A DNA stretch of 36,848 nt. It comes from a virus. Shown piece by piece: positions 7,431 to 17,449 of this stretch. Under the pieces are notes generated by a model. That model made no database searches. It was not told the origin of the DNA and worked only from the letters and a program-made list of their open reading frames with translations. The position numbers and the translations under genes were made by a program. Each line of letters opens with the position of its first letter. Position 1 is the stretch's first letter. The DNA lies in the IMG/VR virus record IMGVR_UViG_3300028568_000020; one strand, written 5' to 3'.

Positions 7431-10165
7431 TTAAACACCCCAAATATAAAGTCATCATCACCAAGTGCTTCCTCATCACTTGTTGCATCTCTTTCATAAA
7501 TATTAATATCTTCAATAGGTTCGTCAAAAGTTTCTTGTTGCCCAATGTATTCAATATTTTTTCCACCCCTACTTGTAGTATTTTTAATATTAATCTTTTT
7601 TATAGCATTATATAAATCCGCAAAAGCGGTATAGAAATCTATTGCCTTAATACATTCTAATTCAATAAATAAAACTTTATTATCATCAATACTATAAGTA
7701 ACATTTGTTACAACCTGTTCATCATTTAAAACATCACCTATATTTAATCTTATTTTTTCTGCTGGCATTATAGGTCTTATATTGGGTATAACTGTTAAAC
7801 TGCTACTATTTTGTCCTATCTTTTCAACTAACTTTTGTTCCGCTGTTCTTTCACCCATTTCAATAGTTTCAATGCTTTCATCTGTAACTAATAGTTCTGA
7901 ATAATAATCATTTAATTGTTTTGTTCCTGTTCTTGTGCTAACAATTTGAATTCCGTAATAAGTTTTAACTGCTAATGCCCCTGTTTGTGTTACCCAAGTT
8001 TCAATATCTTCACTTCTATAATGCCCATCTGCTGTTGCATTATCGTGATATAAAACAAAATATTCGTCCCCATTAGTATAAAGATTAAATACAATCCAAA
8101 AGGTATCAGTAATTAATGGAATATTTAAAGAACTACTATCAACCCAATCTGGTGTTTCCCCAATATCCCAAGTATCAATAAAACCTGTTCCCATTACCTG
8201 ACCAAGTGGTTCACCATTTTTATCTGCTATTATTGAAAACCCCAAGTTATATCTGGGTAACCCCACTTTTGCACAAACAACTGAAATTTTATTTATATTA
8301 ACTGCTGATGTTGTAACCTTAACTGCATAATAATAATCAATACAATTAATGTTTGTTACTACATCTTCATCTGCAAAATCGTTTTCTAAGATATTTTCTT
8401 TTCCACCTAAAACATAAACCCTGTCAAAAGTATCTTCATAATCTTCCCCAAACTGTGCTGTTATTAATCTACTTTTACTTATTTCGTGTTTGGGTTTGGT
8501 ATCTTCATAAAGTTTAAAGACTAAATCATTATTAACATCAACATAATAATAACCATTAACCAATTTTGCCAATTCATCTAATGCGTCGGCAACTGTAATC
8601 CAAGTAAAACTTTTATAGGGTAATTCTTCTGTATCTGAATAAACTTGTGTGGTTGTTATATCTGGTGTATAAGTTTCAATAATATCTGTAACAATTTCTG
8701 GGACTGTTTTATTTTGAAATTCCCTGTTGCCTGTTATTAACTTTTGTTTTAATCTGATAGAACCCTTATCTTCTCCCCTAATTAAAATATAACTTTCATC
8801 ATAATTACTTAAATTATATTTAACACTTGTAATCATACCATTAAATATTTCTGTTTTATTATTTTCATCATTATAAATATAAAGTTCTATTTCATTGCCT
8901 TTATGGAAAACATTGTAATAATCACCATCATTTAATAAGCTAATTGTTACGGTGTGTGATTTTCTATTATAACTTGCATTAAAATCAAAAGTTTGGATAA
9001 TATTTAAATCTTTAAGATTATAAGTTGTATCACCTTTTATTATATTCAAATCCCAATATAAAGGCTGTGTTTCTGTGTAAAAACTTGTTGTTGGTGTTAA
9101 TGATAAAATGTTTTCGTTTGTGATTTTTGAAGATGTTTTAAAACTTGTTGTTGGTGTTAGAGTTAAAATGTTTTGGTTTAGAAATCCACTCAATCCTACT
9201 GCACCGTCTATTGTGATGAAGGTTGAATAATTCTGGACATTGTTATAAACGGCTTTAATCCAATTTTCCGTCTTGGCATCTGTAAAAACCCAGAACTCAT
9301 CAGCCTTACCATCTGGGTCATAACTTATGTTTGACCCACCAAAACCACTGATTAAATAATTTGATGTTGAACTCCCAGATGTCCCTGACAACGCAGTTCC
9401 GTCAATATACAGGGAACTACCCGATACATCTCCATTTCGTGTGTGGGTCCATAAGTGCAAGGCGGTGAGTGTCCCCGTAGAAACAGAGCTAAAATTCCTC
9501 AAAGTTGTTCCTTGAACACCGCAATAAACTTTGGTGTCGCCAACATACCATTCAAAAACTAACTCCCCGATGCCGAAACTAAAATTGTGAGTTTGATTTG
9601 TTATGTCCCCATCAAACCAAAACATGACTGTGTTGGCAGTTCCGATGTTTTGTTGTGTAAAAGTCACCCTTGCAGTATTTGCGGTATTAAAATCAATACC
9701 TTTGCCAACCACACCCACCGTTTGATTTACGGTGACACCGTTTTGTGCAGTTCCAGTTATATTGTTGCCCGAACTATCTGCAATCGAAGTTCCCGAAGAT
9801 TCTTCAAAGTGATAAATTATTTTTCCATTAGTCCAGACACTTGTCTTGCTTTCAGTTCCCGTTATGCTTGGAGTTCCATACCAGAAATAAATGACCGTAT
9901 CGGCAGTTGAGGATAAATCGACCTTTACATAAAAGATGGCGTCTGTCGCTGAAAAGACAACGCATTCATGTGCCAACTGTGTTGTTCCAACATCATCATC
10001 AGAAAAAGCAACACTGTCCCCATCTTCTCCATTATCAAATAAATCTGCATGGTCTGTTGAATTGAATTTTATTAAAACAGGAACATTACTTGTAGCAGAT
10101 GTAATATAGGCATCTGCATTTATTGTAATTTTCCGTTGTAATGTGTATTCCCCAAAATCAACCAA
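7424..10165 (-). CDS. Large tail protein: DUF2341-like + LamG/concanavalin-like lectin domain fused to a tail-hub-like region
   Basis: N-terminal VPVLIKFN...VAFSDD...LAHE...FYVKV...IYFWYG (DUF2341-like); YHFEE...DSSGNN..GT, GKGIDF, LYIDG, GKADEFWVF (LamG-like); C-terminal Tal/hub-like segment. TTG start after AGGTGA. Confidence 0.72.
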   Translation of the reverse strand: MVDFGEYTLQRKITINADAYITSATSNVPVLIKFNSTDHADLFDNGEDGDSVAFSDDDVGTTQLAHECVVFSATDAIFYVKVDLSSTADTVIYFWYGTPSITGTESKTSVWTNGKIIYHFEESSGTSIADSSGNNITGTAQNGVTVNQTVGVVGKGIDFNTANTARVTFTQQNIGTANTVMFWFDGDITNQTHNFSFGIGELVFEWYVGDTKVYCGVQGTTLRNFSSVSTGTLTALHLWTHTRNGDVSGSSLYIDGTALSGTSGSSTSNYLISGFGGSNISYDPDGKADEFWVFTDAKTENWIKAVYNNVQNYSTFITIDGAVGLSGFLNQNILTLTPTTSFKTSSKITNENILSLTPTTSFYTETQPLYWDLNIIKGDTTYNLKDLNIIQTFDFNASYNRKSHTVTISLLNDGDYYNVFHKGNEIELYIYNDENNKTEIFNGMITSVKYNLSNYDESYILIRGEDKGSIRLKQKLITGNREFQNKTVPEIVTDIIETYTPDITTTQVYSDTEELPYKSFTWITVADALDELAKLVNGYYYVDVNNDLVFKLYEDTKPKHEISKSRLITAQFGEDYEDTFDRVYVLGGKENILENDFADEDVVTNINCIDYYYAVKVTTSAVNINKISVVCAKVGLPRYNLGFSIIADKNGEPLGQVMGTGFIDTWDIGETPDWVDSSSLNIPLITDTFWIVFNLYTNGDEYFVLYHDNATADGHYRSEDIETWVTQTGALAVKTYYGIQIVSTRTGTKQLNDYYSELLVTDESIETIEMGERTAEQKLVEKIGQNSSSLTVIPNIRPIMPAEKIRLNIGDVLNDEQVVTNVTYSIDDNKVLFIELECIKAIDFYTAFADLYNAIKKINIKNTTSRGGKNIEYIGQQETFDEPIEDINIYERDATSDEEALGDDDFIFGVFKW
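9080..9174. repeat. Two-copy 60-bp-period direct repeat in the tail protein linker
   Basis: AAAACTTGTTGTTGGTGTTA at 9080 and 9140; encodes NILTLTPTTSF / NILSLTPTTSF. Confidence 0.85.
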
Positions 10166-10179
10166 ACCATATCACCTAT

Positions 10180-10566
10180 TTATTTTGGCATTAACAATTT
10201 TACTTTCCCTAATTCTATATCATATTGTTCTTTTGTAATCAATCCCAAATCAAAATATTTCTTTTTTTGTTCCAATCCTATAACTGCATTTTGAAACTTT
10301 TGTTCATCTGTTTCAATCGGTTCTGCTGGTTTAAAATCAGCTTCTGCAATTGGTATCTTTGTGGTTACTTCTGTAAAACTTTCTTTTGCATCTATAAATT
10401 TTGCTTTTTCATAAACAAACTGTTTCATTTTTACTTCGTCATTAACATCTTGAATTGGGTATCTTGTGGTTGCAGTAATCCCTAAATCTGTTTTAAATGT
10501 AATTAAAACAAAATCCATAAGTTTTTCTTTTTCTATTATCTTTTCAATTTTTGTTATCTCAACCAT
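10180..10566 (-). CDS. Hypothetical tail-module protein
   Basis: 128-aa ORF coupled to neighbours; C-terminal SHOCT-like GLITKEQYD motif. Confidence 0.55.
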   Translation of the reverse strand: MVEITKIEKIIEKEKLMDFVLITFKTDLGITATTRYPIQDVNDEVKMKQFVYEKAKFIDAKESFTEVTTKIPIAEADFKPAEPIETDEQKFQNAVIGLEQKKKYFDLGLITKEQYDIELGKVKLLMPK

Positions 10567-10934
10567 TATGCCACAACTCCTTCTTCTACTGTTATTTTAA
10601 AAATAACTTCTAAAAACTGTCCACTTGCCAATGTTATTTCACTATTGGCTATTGCTCTAACCATCATTGTTCCTGCTTCATCTGCATTGAAAACTCCTGC
10701 CTCATTAACTGTTAAAGCCCCAGTAGCTTCAAACTCTTTTGTTATTGTTAAAACTCCTCCTGTATTATCAACAATAGCTAATGCTCTTGCCCCACCATTT
10801 GTTGTTATTTCAGTCCCCAGTGCTGTATCTTCTTCACTTTCTGCTGTATCATCAGAACCAATAGCAATATAATCAAATTCATTTTCAATAGCTTCTAATA
10901 CCCAAGCTAAAAATGCTGTTGTTAATTTTGACAT
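10566..10934 (-). CDS. Minor tail protein (distal-tail region)
   Basis: FDYIAIGSDDTAE...DTALGTEI...NEAGVFN...MMVR; follows the tape measure gene. Confidence 0.6.
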   Translation of the reverse strand: MSKLTTAFLAWVLEAIENEFDYIAIGSDDTAESEEDTALGTEITTNGGARALAIVDNTGGVLTITKEFEATGALTVNEAGVFNADEAGTMMVRAIANSEITLASGQFLEVIFKITVEEGVVA

Positions 10935-11021
10935 ATTATTTTCCCACCTACTTCTGTTATTATATTTCCATCTTTATCTTTAATTAAAAACTTAACTTTA
11001 ATCTTTGGTTTAAATTTTAAT

Positions 11022-13403
11022 TTATCCAACTCTAACCACCCTGTTTAATTCCATCATAATCATTTTAACTAATTCCTTATGGTCTTTCTGTTCTGATATA
11101 TTAAACACCACATTGATATTTTTAGTTGGTTGTTGCGATGGTGTTGTTGTAGTTTGTAAATTTGGAAATTTTCCCCCACCGTCTGCTGTGGCGTATTGAT
11201 TATTTCGCCATTCTTGGAAAGCGTCTAATTCTTCTGGGTAATCAAAACTTGTTCCTGAAATTGTATCAATATAACTTAGACTGCCTGTTGCAATACCTTT
11301 AACTTTTCCACCTGCTTTTTCTACCCTTTCAACTAATGCGTTATAGCTATCAGTAAGTAACTTATTCAATGGGTGCATATTATTAAGGTAAGCATCATTA
11401 GTTTGCTCACTTGTTTCTATGTCATATAACTCCCTCATTTTAGCAGTTTCATCTGCCCCCGCCATTATAACATCGACAAGTTTTGCCCCAAAATCGCCTG
11501 TTTTTTCTCTAACTTTGGCATTATAAAGTATTTTTGTGTCCCAATTCTTTTCACCACCTGATAAATAAAATTCTGGTTCTTGAAAATTTGGGTTTTGTAT
11601 TGTTTTTTGTTCTGTTGTCCAAGCACTACTTATTTCCTGCCAAGTTGGAACATGATAACCACCATCATCACCCCTTTGAATATCGGTAACTTCATAACTG
11701 CCCCCGCCCCCCTCAACTATTGCCCCAGTTGTTCCAGAATTGCAACTGCTTCCATCAAAACTACTACTTGAACGACTACTATAACCACCACTTCTTCCAC
11801 TAACACTAAAATTATTTAATTTTTGTTGGAAAGATGTTATGTAAGCACCCAAGTTTGAAAATCGTGCTGATGTGTGATTTAATAAAACTTGAAATTTATT
11901 CATTTCATCATTAGTTTCTGCTGTGATTTGTTCCTGTTCCTGTAAAGTTTTATTTATATCTTCAACCTCAACACCACCTGTTGAACTTTGTAAGCCACCC
12001 TGAAATGCTAATATGTTATCATTATCATTAAATTGAATTACTTGACCTGACTTGGTTATTAAAGCATCATTAACTCTTTTAGTTCCTTTCGAAACCCAAG
12101 CAGAATAATCAATATTGCCAAAATCATCTAATATTCTTTGATTTGCACTATTGGGTATTATGGTGTTTGTGCTTTCATCATAAGTTCCCCCCGCTTTGTC
12201 CATATCCATACTACTTGTTAAACTCATTATTTCTTTTGCTTTTGCTATAACTCCCTCAATAGCTTCTTTCATATCATTAATAAAACCTGCAATATTATTA
12301 ACAATATCCGCAACCTTTTGAAAAGCTTTACCTATGTTTCCTATTAATTCTTCCGTTCCACTTAACCCTAATATGTTTGCTAATAAATCTGAACTTGAAA
12401 TAACTAAATTGCCAAAACTACTCGCCATTTCAGAAATCCCTGCTGTAAAGGTTTTAAAACCTTCGCTTTGGGTAATATTCAATAATGTTGCACCAAAACT
12501 TTCCAATAAAGGTTTAAACCCTTCCAATAAGGCTAACCCAAGTGCTTCTTTTACATTATCTATTTGCTTGGTTACATTTTCTAATGCCCCTGCCCCTGTA
12601 TCTCTTTCTGTTTTATAGGAACCTTGAAAAGTATTCATTAACTGTTCATAAAGATATTTTGCTTTATCTGAATTTGTTTTAAATTTTTCCAATTCTTCTT
12701 CATCTATATCAATACCCAATGTTGCTAATGTGCTTGCTCTTGCTTCCCCAGTGGCAACTTTTGAAAGTGTTTTAGAAACTTGATATAAATCTAAACCTTT
12801 TTTACTGGCTATATCCATTGCCAATCCTAACCACTCATTTGCCTTTGCTGTATCTTTTGTTGTGGTCAATAATTGAACATAAGCTTTATTTAATTCTTCA
12901 CTTTCAAATCTACTGGTTGCTTCATATTTAGCAATATTCTGCATTGATTTTTCAAATTCATTTGACTTACCTAATTGGTCTAATGTGTGTTTTGTTTGGG
13001 CTACTGCCTTTTCTTCACCTGATGCAAATTGCATTAACCCAACACTTAATTTAGCTAACCCTAAACTAACTGCCCCAACAGCAACAGCCAAACCAGTTCC
13101 TAACATAATAGCTAAACCTGCTGAACTACTTGCAAAACTTTTTAGTGCCCCACCGGCTTCCCCAATTTTACCACCCAAACCTTCAAAACTCTTTCCAATA
13201 CCACCCATTGATGTTCCAAGATTTTGAAGTGTTTGCGATAAACCAGTTAAACCCGACATTGACTGGGTTAAATTACCTGTGCTAAATCCCTGAAACATTT
13301 TGGATAAATTAGTAACTGAACCTTCAATGTTTTTAATAACTGGTGTAACTTCATCTTTTGCAGTAATTTTAACACTAATGGTTGCATTTGTATTAGTAGC
13401 CAT
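11022..13403 (-). CDS. Tape measure protein
   Basis: 793 aa, N-terminal ISVKITAKD, Ala/Gly-rich amphipathic helices, VNDALITKSGQVIQFNDND motif; follows tail tube and chaperones. Confidence 0.85.
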   Translation of the reverse strand: MATNTNATISVKITAKDEVTPVIKNIEGSVTNLSKMFQGFSTGNLTQSMSGLTGLSQTLQNLGTSMGGIGKSFEGLGGKIGEAGGALKSFASSSAGLAIMLGTGLAVAVGAVSLGLAKLSVGLMQFASGEEKAVAQTKHTLDQLGKSNEFEKSMQNIAKYEATSRFESEELNKAYVQLLTTTKDTAKANEWLGLAMDIASKKGLDLYQVSKTLSKVATGEARASTLATLGIDIDEEELEKFKTNSDKAKYLYEQLMNTFQGSYKTERDTGAGALENVTKQIDNVKEALGLALLEGFKPLLESFGATLLNITQSEGFKTFTAGISEMASSFGNLVISSSDLLANILGLSGTEELIGNIGKAFQKVADIVNNIAGFINDMKEAIEGVIAKAKEIMSLTSSMDMDKAGGTYDESTNTIIPNSANQRILDDFGNIDYSAWVSKGTKRVNDALITKSGQVIQFNDNDNILAFQGGLQSSTGGVEVEDINKTLQEQEQITAETNDEMNKFQVLLNHTSARFSNLGAYITSFQQKLNNFSVSGRSGGYSSRSSSSFDGSSCNSGTTGAIVEGGGGSYEVTDIQRGDDGGYHVPTWQEISSAWTTEQKTIQNPNFQEPEFYLSGGEKNWDTKILYNAKVREKTGDFGAKLVDVIMAGADETAKMRELYDIETSEQTNDAYLNNMHPLNKLLTDSYNALVERVEKAGGKVKGIATGSLSYIDTISGTSFDYPEELDAFQEWRNNQYATADGGGKFPNLQTTTTPSQQPTKNINVVFNISEQKDHKELVKMIMMELNRVVRVG

Positions 13404-13620
13404 TAAACACCTTCTTATTTTTTCTCTTTAATTTTTCTAAATATATTTCCCTATGTTTTGGGTAGTCGTTAATTTCTGGGTTTAAAGATGTATAGTAAGA
13501 GTTAAGCACATAATTTTTTTCACCAATTGTTAAATTCATTATTTCCCAAATTTTATAACCCAACTGGTGCAAAATATATACCTCTCTCATTATCTTATCA
13601 TCTTCAATCATTGTAATCAT
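13393..13620 (-). CDS. Tail assembly chaperone, second ORF (gpT-like)
   Basis: Between first chaperone and TMP; LGYKIWEIMNLT pattern; ATGA overlap. Confidence 0.6.
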   Translation of the reverse strand: MITMIEDDKIMREVYILHQLGYKIWEIMNLTIGEKNYVLNSYYTSLNPEINDYPKHREIYLEKLKRKNKKVFNGY

Positions 13621-13919
13621 TTTATATTTGATAATTCATTCATTGCATTAATAAATTTTTGTATCAATATATTATTACTTTCCAATATTTCTTCAACTGT
13701 TAATTTAGGTTCAATAAGATGTTCTGATAAAAGTTTAATTATCATTTGTTCCCTTTCTTCAACAGATTTTAATTTACCCAATTTTAAAATTTCCCCAAAT
13801 ACTAATGGCGTCATTTTAATGTATTCTGGGTTTTCTTCTGTTCCCACATTAATATCTTTGGATATTAAAGTTCCATCTATCTTTCTAACCAAAACATCTT
13901 CTTTTGTTAATACTTTCGT
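13617..13919 (-). CDS. Tail assembly chaperone (gpG-like); start uncertain (ACG 13919 or GTG 13931)
   Basis: Directly after the tail tube gene. The ORF-track extension to 14015 overlaps the tail tube and lacks an SD. Confidence 0.6.
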   Translation of the reverse strand, partial: TKVLTKEDVLVRKIDGTLISKDINVGTEENPEYIKMTPLVFGEILKLGKLKSVEEREQMIIKLLSEHLIEPKLTVEEILESNNILIQKFINAMNELSNIK

Positions 13920-13920
13920 T

Positions 13921-14907
13921 TTACCACCCACCAGATGCAACGGTTGCTGGTGCTTGCCATACAACACTTGAAACATATTTTGCAATAAATGGTATTGTAT
14001 AAGCCACCCCATCATTTAATGGAAATCTCATTTCTGCACTTTTTAATGTTGCATCTTTTATTGTTATTGTTACTTGGTCATCAACTGCTGGTGATGTATT
14101 ACAACTTGGTAACCAATCAATAACTATATCCTGTTCTGCTAAACAGTCTTCTGCTGTTACAATATCTTCCAATTCTCTTGCTGTTGCACTATCCTCAACC
14201 CAAGCTGTTAAACTACCTGTTATAGCTCCATATTTTCCAAGAACATTTTGTGTTCCTGTTCTTGAACTTAAACTGTAATTAATTTTGCTATCCCTGCTTA
14301 TTGTAAAATCGATTTCTGTAAGATAAGCTATATCTGTCAAATCCCCAATATCAATAGCTGTTCCAATACTTTCTATTGGTGATGCTGTTGGTAAAGTTAT
14401 TGTTGTTGGTGCTGTAAAAGCAGTATCAGTTTTACTTTTAGCTATAAAATTTAAAGTCCCAGTTGCTCCACCAGTTAACCCCAATCTAAAACTTAAACTT
14501 GTTGCATAACACCCTGCTAATTGAGTATTTATTTCATTTGTTGCAACACCTAAAACACTTGCTGAAAAACTTGGTATTGATGCGGTTGGTGTAATTGTCC
14601 AAACATAAGGTGCTTTTTCTTCAACTGGGTCTGTTGCTGTAACTGTTCCAAGCATTAATGCAAAAGGCATTGCATTAACATACTCAAAATTATAAGTCCC
14701 AGTATAAGCAACATTTCCCATTGTCCTATAAAGTGGTAAATGACTGCTTGAATTATTTGTTATATTAGCAGAATTTTCTGATTTAAATGAAAAATCTAAT
14801 GTTTTCCCCAATACTTCTAATTGTGTTGTTGTTGGTGCAGTTGGGTCAGCACCAGTTCCCCAAGCACTTTCCTTTTTAAAAAATACTTCCTGCTTACTAA
14901 TTGCCAT
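13921..14907 (-). CDS. Major tail tube protein
   Basis: KKESAWGT start motif, LPLYRTMG, FSASV, QLAGCYATSLSF, ITGSLT. Start re-called at ATG 14907 after GGGGGA SD. No sheath gene, so siphovirus-like. Confidence 0.8.
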   Translation of the reverse strand: MAISKQEVFFKKESAWGTGADPTAPTTTQLEVLGKTLDFSFKSENSANITNNSSSHLPLYRTMGNVAYTGTYNFEYVNAMPFALMLGTVTATDPVEEKAPYVWTITPTASIPSFSASVLGVATNEINTQLAGCYATSLSFRLGLTGGATGTLNFIAKSKTDTAFTAPTTITLPTASPIESIGTAIDIGDLTDIAYLTEIDFTISRDSKINYSLSSRTGTQNVLGKYGAITGSLTAWVEDSATARELEDIVTAEDCLAEQDIVIDWLPSCNTSPAVDDQVTITIKDATLKSAEMRFPLNDGVAYTIPFIAKYVSSVVWQAPATVASGGW

Positions 14908-14920
14908 TTTTTTATTCCCC

Positions 14921-15319
14921 CTATTCAATTATCCTTGTGGGCACATCAACATAAAATGCCTGCCCACCAAAACTTTCTGAATATTCATTTGCTTTTAAAT
15001 CATAACTTAATTCTTTCCCCAAACCTGTTCCAAAATGTTCACAAGATTTTGCTCCTGCTTGTGTTAAAAGGCAGGGGTTATTTTTTATAAATGTCATAAC
15101 ATAATCAAATAATGAATTTGTCCCATCACTTAATTTATCTAATTTTTCAATTACTATTATCCTTGTATCAAAATCATAAATATTTTTTGAACTACTTATT
15201 GCATAAGATTTACAACTTAAATTTATTATTTCTATTGATATAATTGGAAATGTCGCTGTGGCTAATGGAATATATTGACTTATATAACTGGCAGTAGTTA
15301 AACCAGTTGATGCCTCCAT
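14921..15319 (-). CDS. Tail terminator / completion protein (probable)
   Basis: Position before tail tube; FPIISIEI...YDFDTRIIV pattern. Confidence 0.5.
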   Translation of the reverse strand: MEASTGLTTASYISQYIPLATATFPIISIEIINLSCKSYAISSSKNIYDFDTRIIVIEKLDKLSDGTNSLFDYVMTFIKNNPCLLTQAGAKSCEHFGTGLGKELSYDLKANEYSESFGGQAFYVDVPTRIIE

Positions 15320-15357
15320 TAATCTTATAATGTTTGCTGTAAAGGTTTTCCAATTTA

Positions 15358-16269
15358 CTATTTAACCACCGCCATATTTATTTTACTGGGTAACCCTTTA
15401 AATAACATTCTAATGTTCATTCTATTTGTTACCCCTGTTGTTGCCCCCATTTCTTCTGTTACAACTAAACCACCGTGCTCAACTTTAAATGGTTTTACAC
15501 TTCCACCACTTTCCACATAACTATAAAGATTTTCAAATATTAGATATGTTGCAAGTTGTTTAGCCATAATTCCATAAGCTGATGTTTTAGGATACCCATA
15601 AGTAAAAGTTAAAGTAGCTTTATCAATACCCAATGGAAAATAATGTTTTTCACTATCACTTGTTAAAATTATACTACTATAATTAATTACTATTGTAGTT
15701 GTAGTTATAGATGTCCCATCAATAGATAAAGAACTAACACTTTGAATTGGGGCATATTGTGGTAAATAAAGTTCATTATAATAATTTGCAAAAAAGCTAT
15801 AATTTGAATATTTATCATTACACCTTACATTTTTAATATTAGTGTCAATGCTAACAGTTTCGGTTACTTCTTTAAAAATAAAACCACCTGTTTGTGCTGT
15901 TATTAATGTGTCTGCATTATCAAACCAACTATTTATTATATTTAAATAAGGCACATTAAAAGTTTCACAAACATCTTTTGGGCTACTGTAATTGTCATAA
16001 CTTAAATAAACTGCTCCTGTTTTAACATCTGCTGGAAAGGTTCTGCTTATTTCATTTATTTTTGTAGTATCATAAGTCCCAGAATTATTCAAAATGGTTG
16101 CAGTAATCCCAGTTATTTTTTCTAATTCTGTTTTTAATTTAGTTACGGTATCAATAGCCCCATCACCAGTAAAAGCAATATCTGTTGTATTACAAGTTAA
16201 AATATTATTTTCAATATAAAGTGGTATTGTAGTTGCTACACCTGAATAAGTTATTTTCATTATATCCAT
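15358..16269 (-). CDS. Head-tail adaptor (gp6/gp15-like) with extra N-terminal domain
   Basis: YSSPKDV...ADTLITAQTG..F, PIQSVSSL, TFTYGY, AKQLATY patterns typical of adaptors, preceded by about 90 extra residues. Confidence 0.65.
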   Translation of the reverse strand: MDIMKITYSGVATTIPLYIENNILTCNTTDIAFTGDGAIDTVTKLKTELEKITGITATILNNSGTYDTTKINEISRTFPADVKTGAVYLSYDNYSSPKDVCETFNVPYLNIINSWFDNADTLITAQTGGFIFKEVTETVSIDTNIKNVRCNDKYSNYSFFANYYNELYLPQYAPIQSVSSLSIDGTSITTTTIVINYSSIILTSDSEKHYFPLGIDKATLTFTYGYPKTSAYGIMAKQLATYLIFENLYSYVESGGSVKPFKVEHGGLVVTEEMGATTGVTNRMNIRMLFKGLPSKINMAVVK

Positions 16270-16273
16270 TTAA

Positions 16274-16660
16274 TTACCTCATCTTATCATAAAATGTTGT
16301 TATTAACCAAGTTATAAAAGCAATAATTGGTGTTACAACCATTAAACCACCCTGTAAGGTATCTTGTTTGCTTTTAATATTATTTTGTGTTTGGGTAATA
16401 ATTTCTAAAATCTCATTAAATTTTTTCTCATTTTCTGCCATTCTATTTTCTAACTTGGTTATTCTTCTATCACATAAATCCCTAACTTTTTTATCTGCTT
16501 TATCATCTGAATTATAATAAGCTTGAAGAACTGCAAAAGACTGTTCCAAGTGTGAAATCTTTTCTGGCACATCTTTAAGATTATTTAAATGATTATTAGT
16601 TTCTTTTAGTGCAAACACTAACTTATTAACTGTTTCCTCACTTAATTCAGTAATCTGCAA
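16274..16660 (-). CDS. Coiled-coil protein with C-terminal transmembrane helix
   Basis: Heptad-rich body; C-terminal GGLMVVTPIIAFITWLITTF; TTG start after GGGGGA SD. Confidence 0.6.
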   Translation of the reverse strand: MQITELSEETVNKLVFALKETNNHLNNLKDVPEKISHLEQSFAVLQAYYNSDDKADKKVRDLCDRRITKLENRMAENEKKFNEILEIITQTQNNIKSKQDTLQGGLMVVTPIIAFITWLITTFYDKMR

Positions 16661-16670
16661 TTCCCCCTTT

Positions 16671-17444
16671 TTATCTTGTTAATACAATTAAATTACTTGT
16701 TGATGCATTGTAATCTAAAACATCAAAGTTTCTTATACCCAACTTGTTTAAACTGAACATAACATTTGCATAATTGTTGCTCATATAACCGTAAGTTCCA
16801 AATTGAACTGTATAATCTGCCCCAATTGTTAAAAAGCCATTCTGGTCTGTATAAGTTGTTAAAGATTTATCATTTAAATAAGTCCAACCATCTGTTGTTG
16901 TGAACATATTGTTTGCCAACCCTGCGTCTACTTTTGAAACATTCCCATTCACATAAGTTATAAATTTCCCAAGTGTATTATAAGTTGCATTTGATGTATC
17001 TATTGCATAAGTTAAAGTTGCATTAACATCTAATGTATCACCTGCTGAACTGTTCAAATTAATCTGGGTAAATTCTGGGATACCAGTTGCCAATAAGGCA
17101 TCTTTAACTTTGGTATCAACTTTAACTGCTGTAATACCTGTTAAGGTATTTATTTTAGCAATTACCTCACCTACTGTATTATAACTTGCGGTATTTGTAT
17201 CCATTGCTGTTTGTGTTCCATTGCAATCAATGATTAATGTAGTTCCTGAAAATGTTACATTGGCATCTTGTGTTGGTATTAATTGAAAAATTGTTGGTGC
17301 ATTAACTATTGTTATCGTTCCACTTGAAACCGTAACATTAGCATCATCAGTTACTTTTAATCTTATGGCTTCAATACCCAATACTGCATTAAATGTTGTT
17401 AGTGTTAAAAGTAAAGCTAACAATAAAATTAAACTTTTTTTCAT
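16671..17444 (-). CDS. Signal-peptide-bearing Thr/Asn-rich beta protein
   Basis: Start re-called at ATG 17444: MKKSLILLLALLLTLTTFNAVLG is a class I signal-peptide pattern; internal repeats DDANVTVS/QDANVTFS and YNTVG/YNTLG. Confidence 0.65.
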   Translation of the reverse strand: MKKSLILLLALLLTLTTFNAVLGIEAIRLKVTDDANVTVSSGTITIVNAPTIFQLIPTQDANVTFSGTTLIIDCNGTQTAMDTNTASYNTVGEVIAKINTLTGITAVKVDTKVKDALLATGIPEFTQINLNSSAGDTLDVNATLTYAIDTSNATYNTLGKFITYVNGNVSKVDAGLANNMFTTTDGWTYLNDKSLTTYTDQNGFLTIGADYTVQFGTYGYMSNNYANVMFSLNKLGIRNFDVLDYNASTSNLIVLTR

Positions 17445-17449
17445 TTTAC

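Noticed and set aside
7424-10165. Diversity-generating retroelement target
   Set aside because: No reverse transcriptase and no template/variable repeat pair differing at adenines was seen; the 60-bp repeat is a tandem linker duplication.
11140-11900. Second foreign cassette in the tape measure C-terminus
   Set aside because: Some CG enrichment, but largely explained by a Gly/Ser-rich tract; no clear boundaries.
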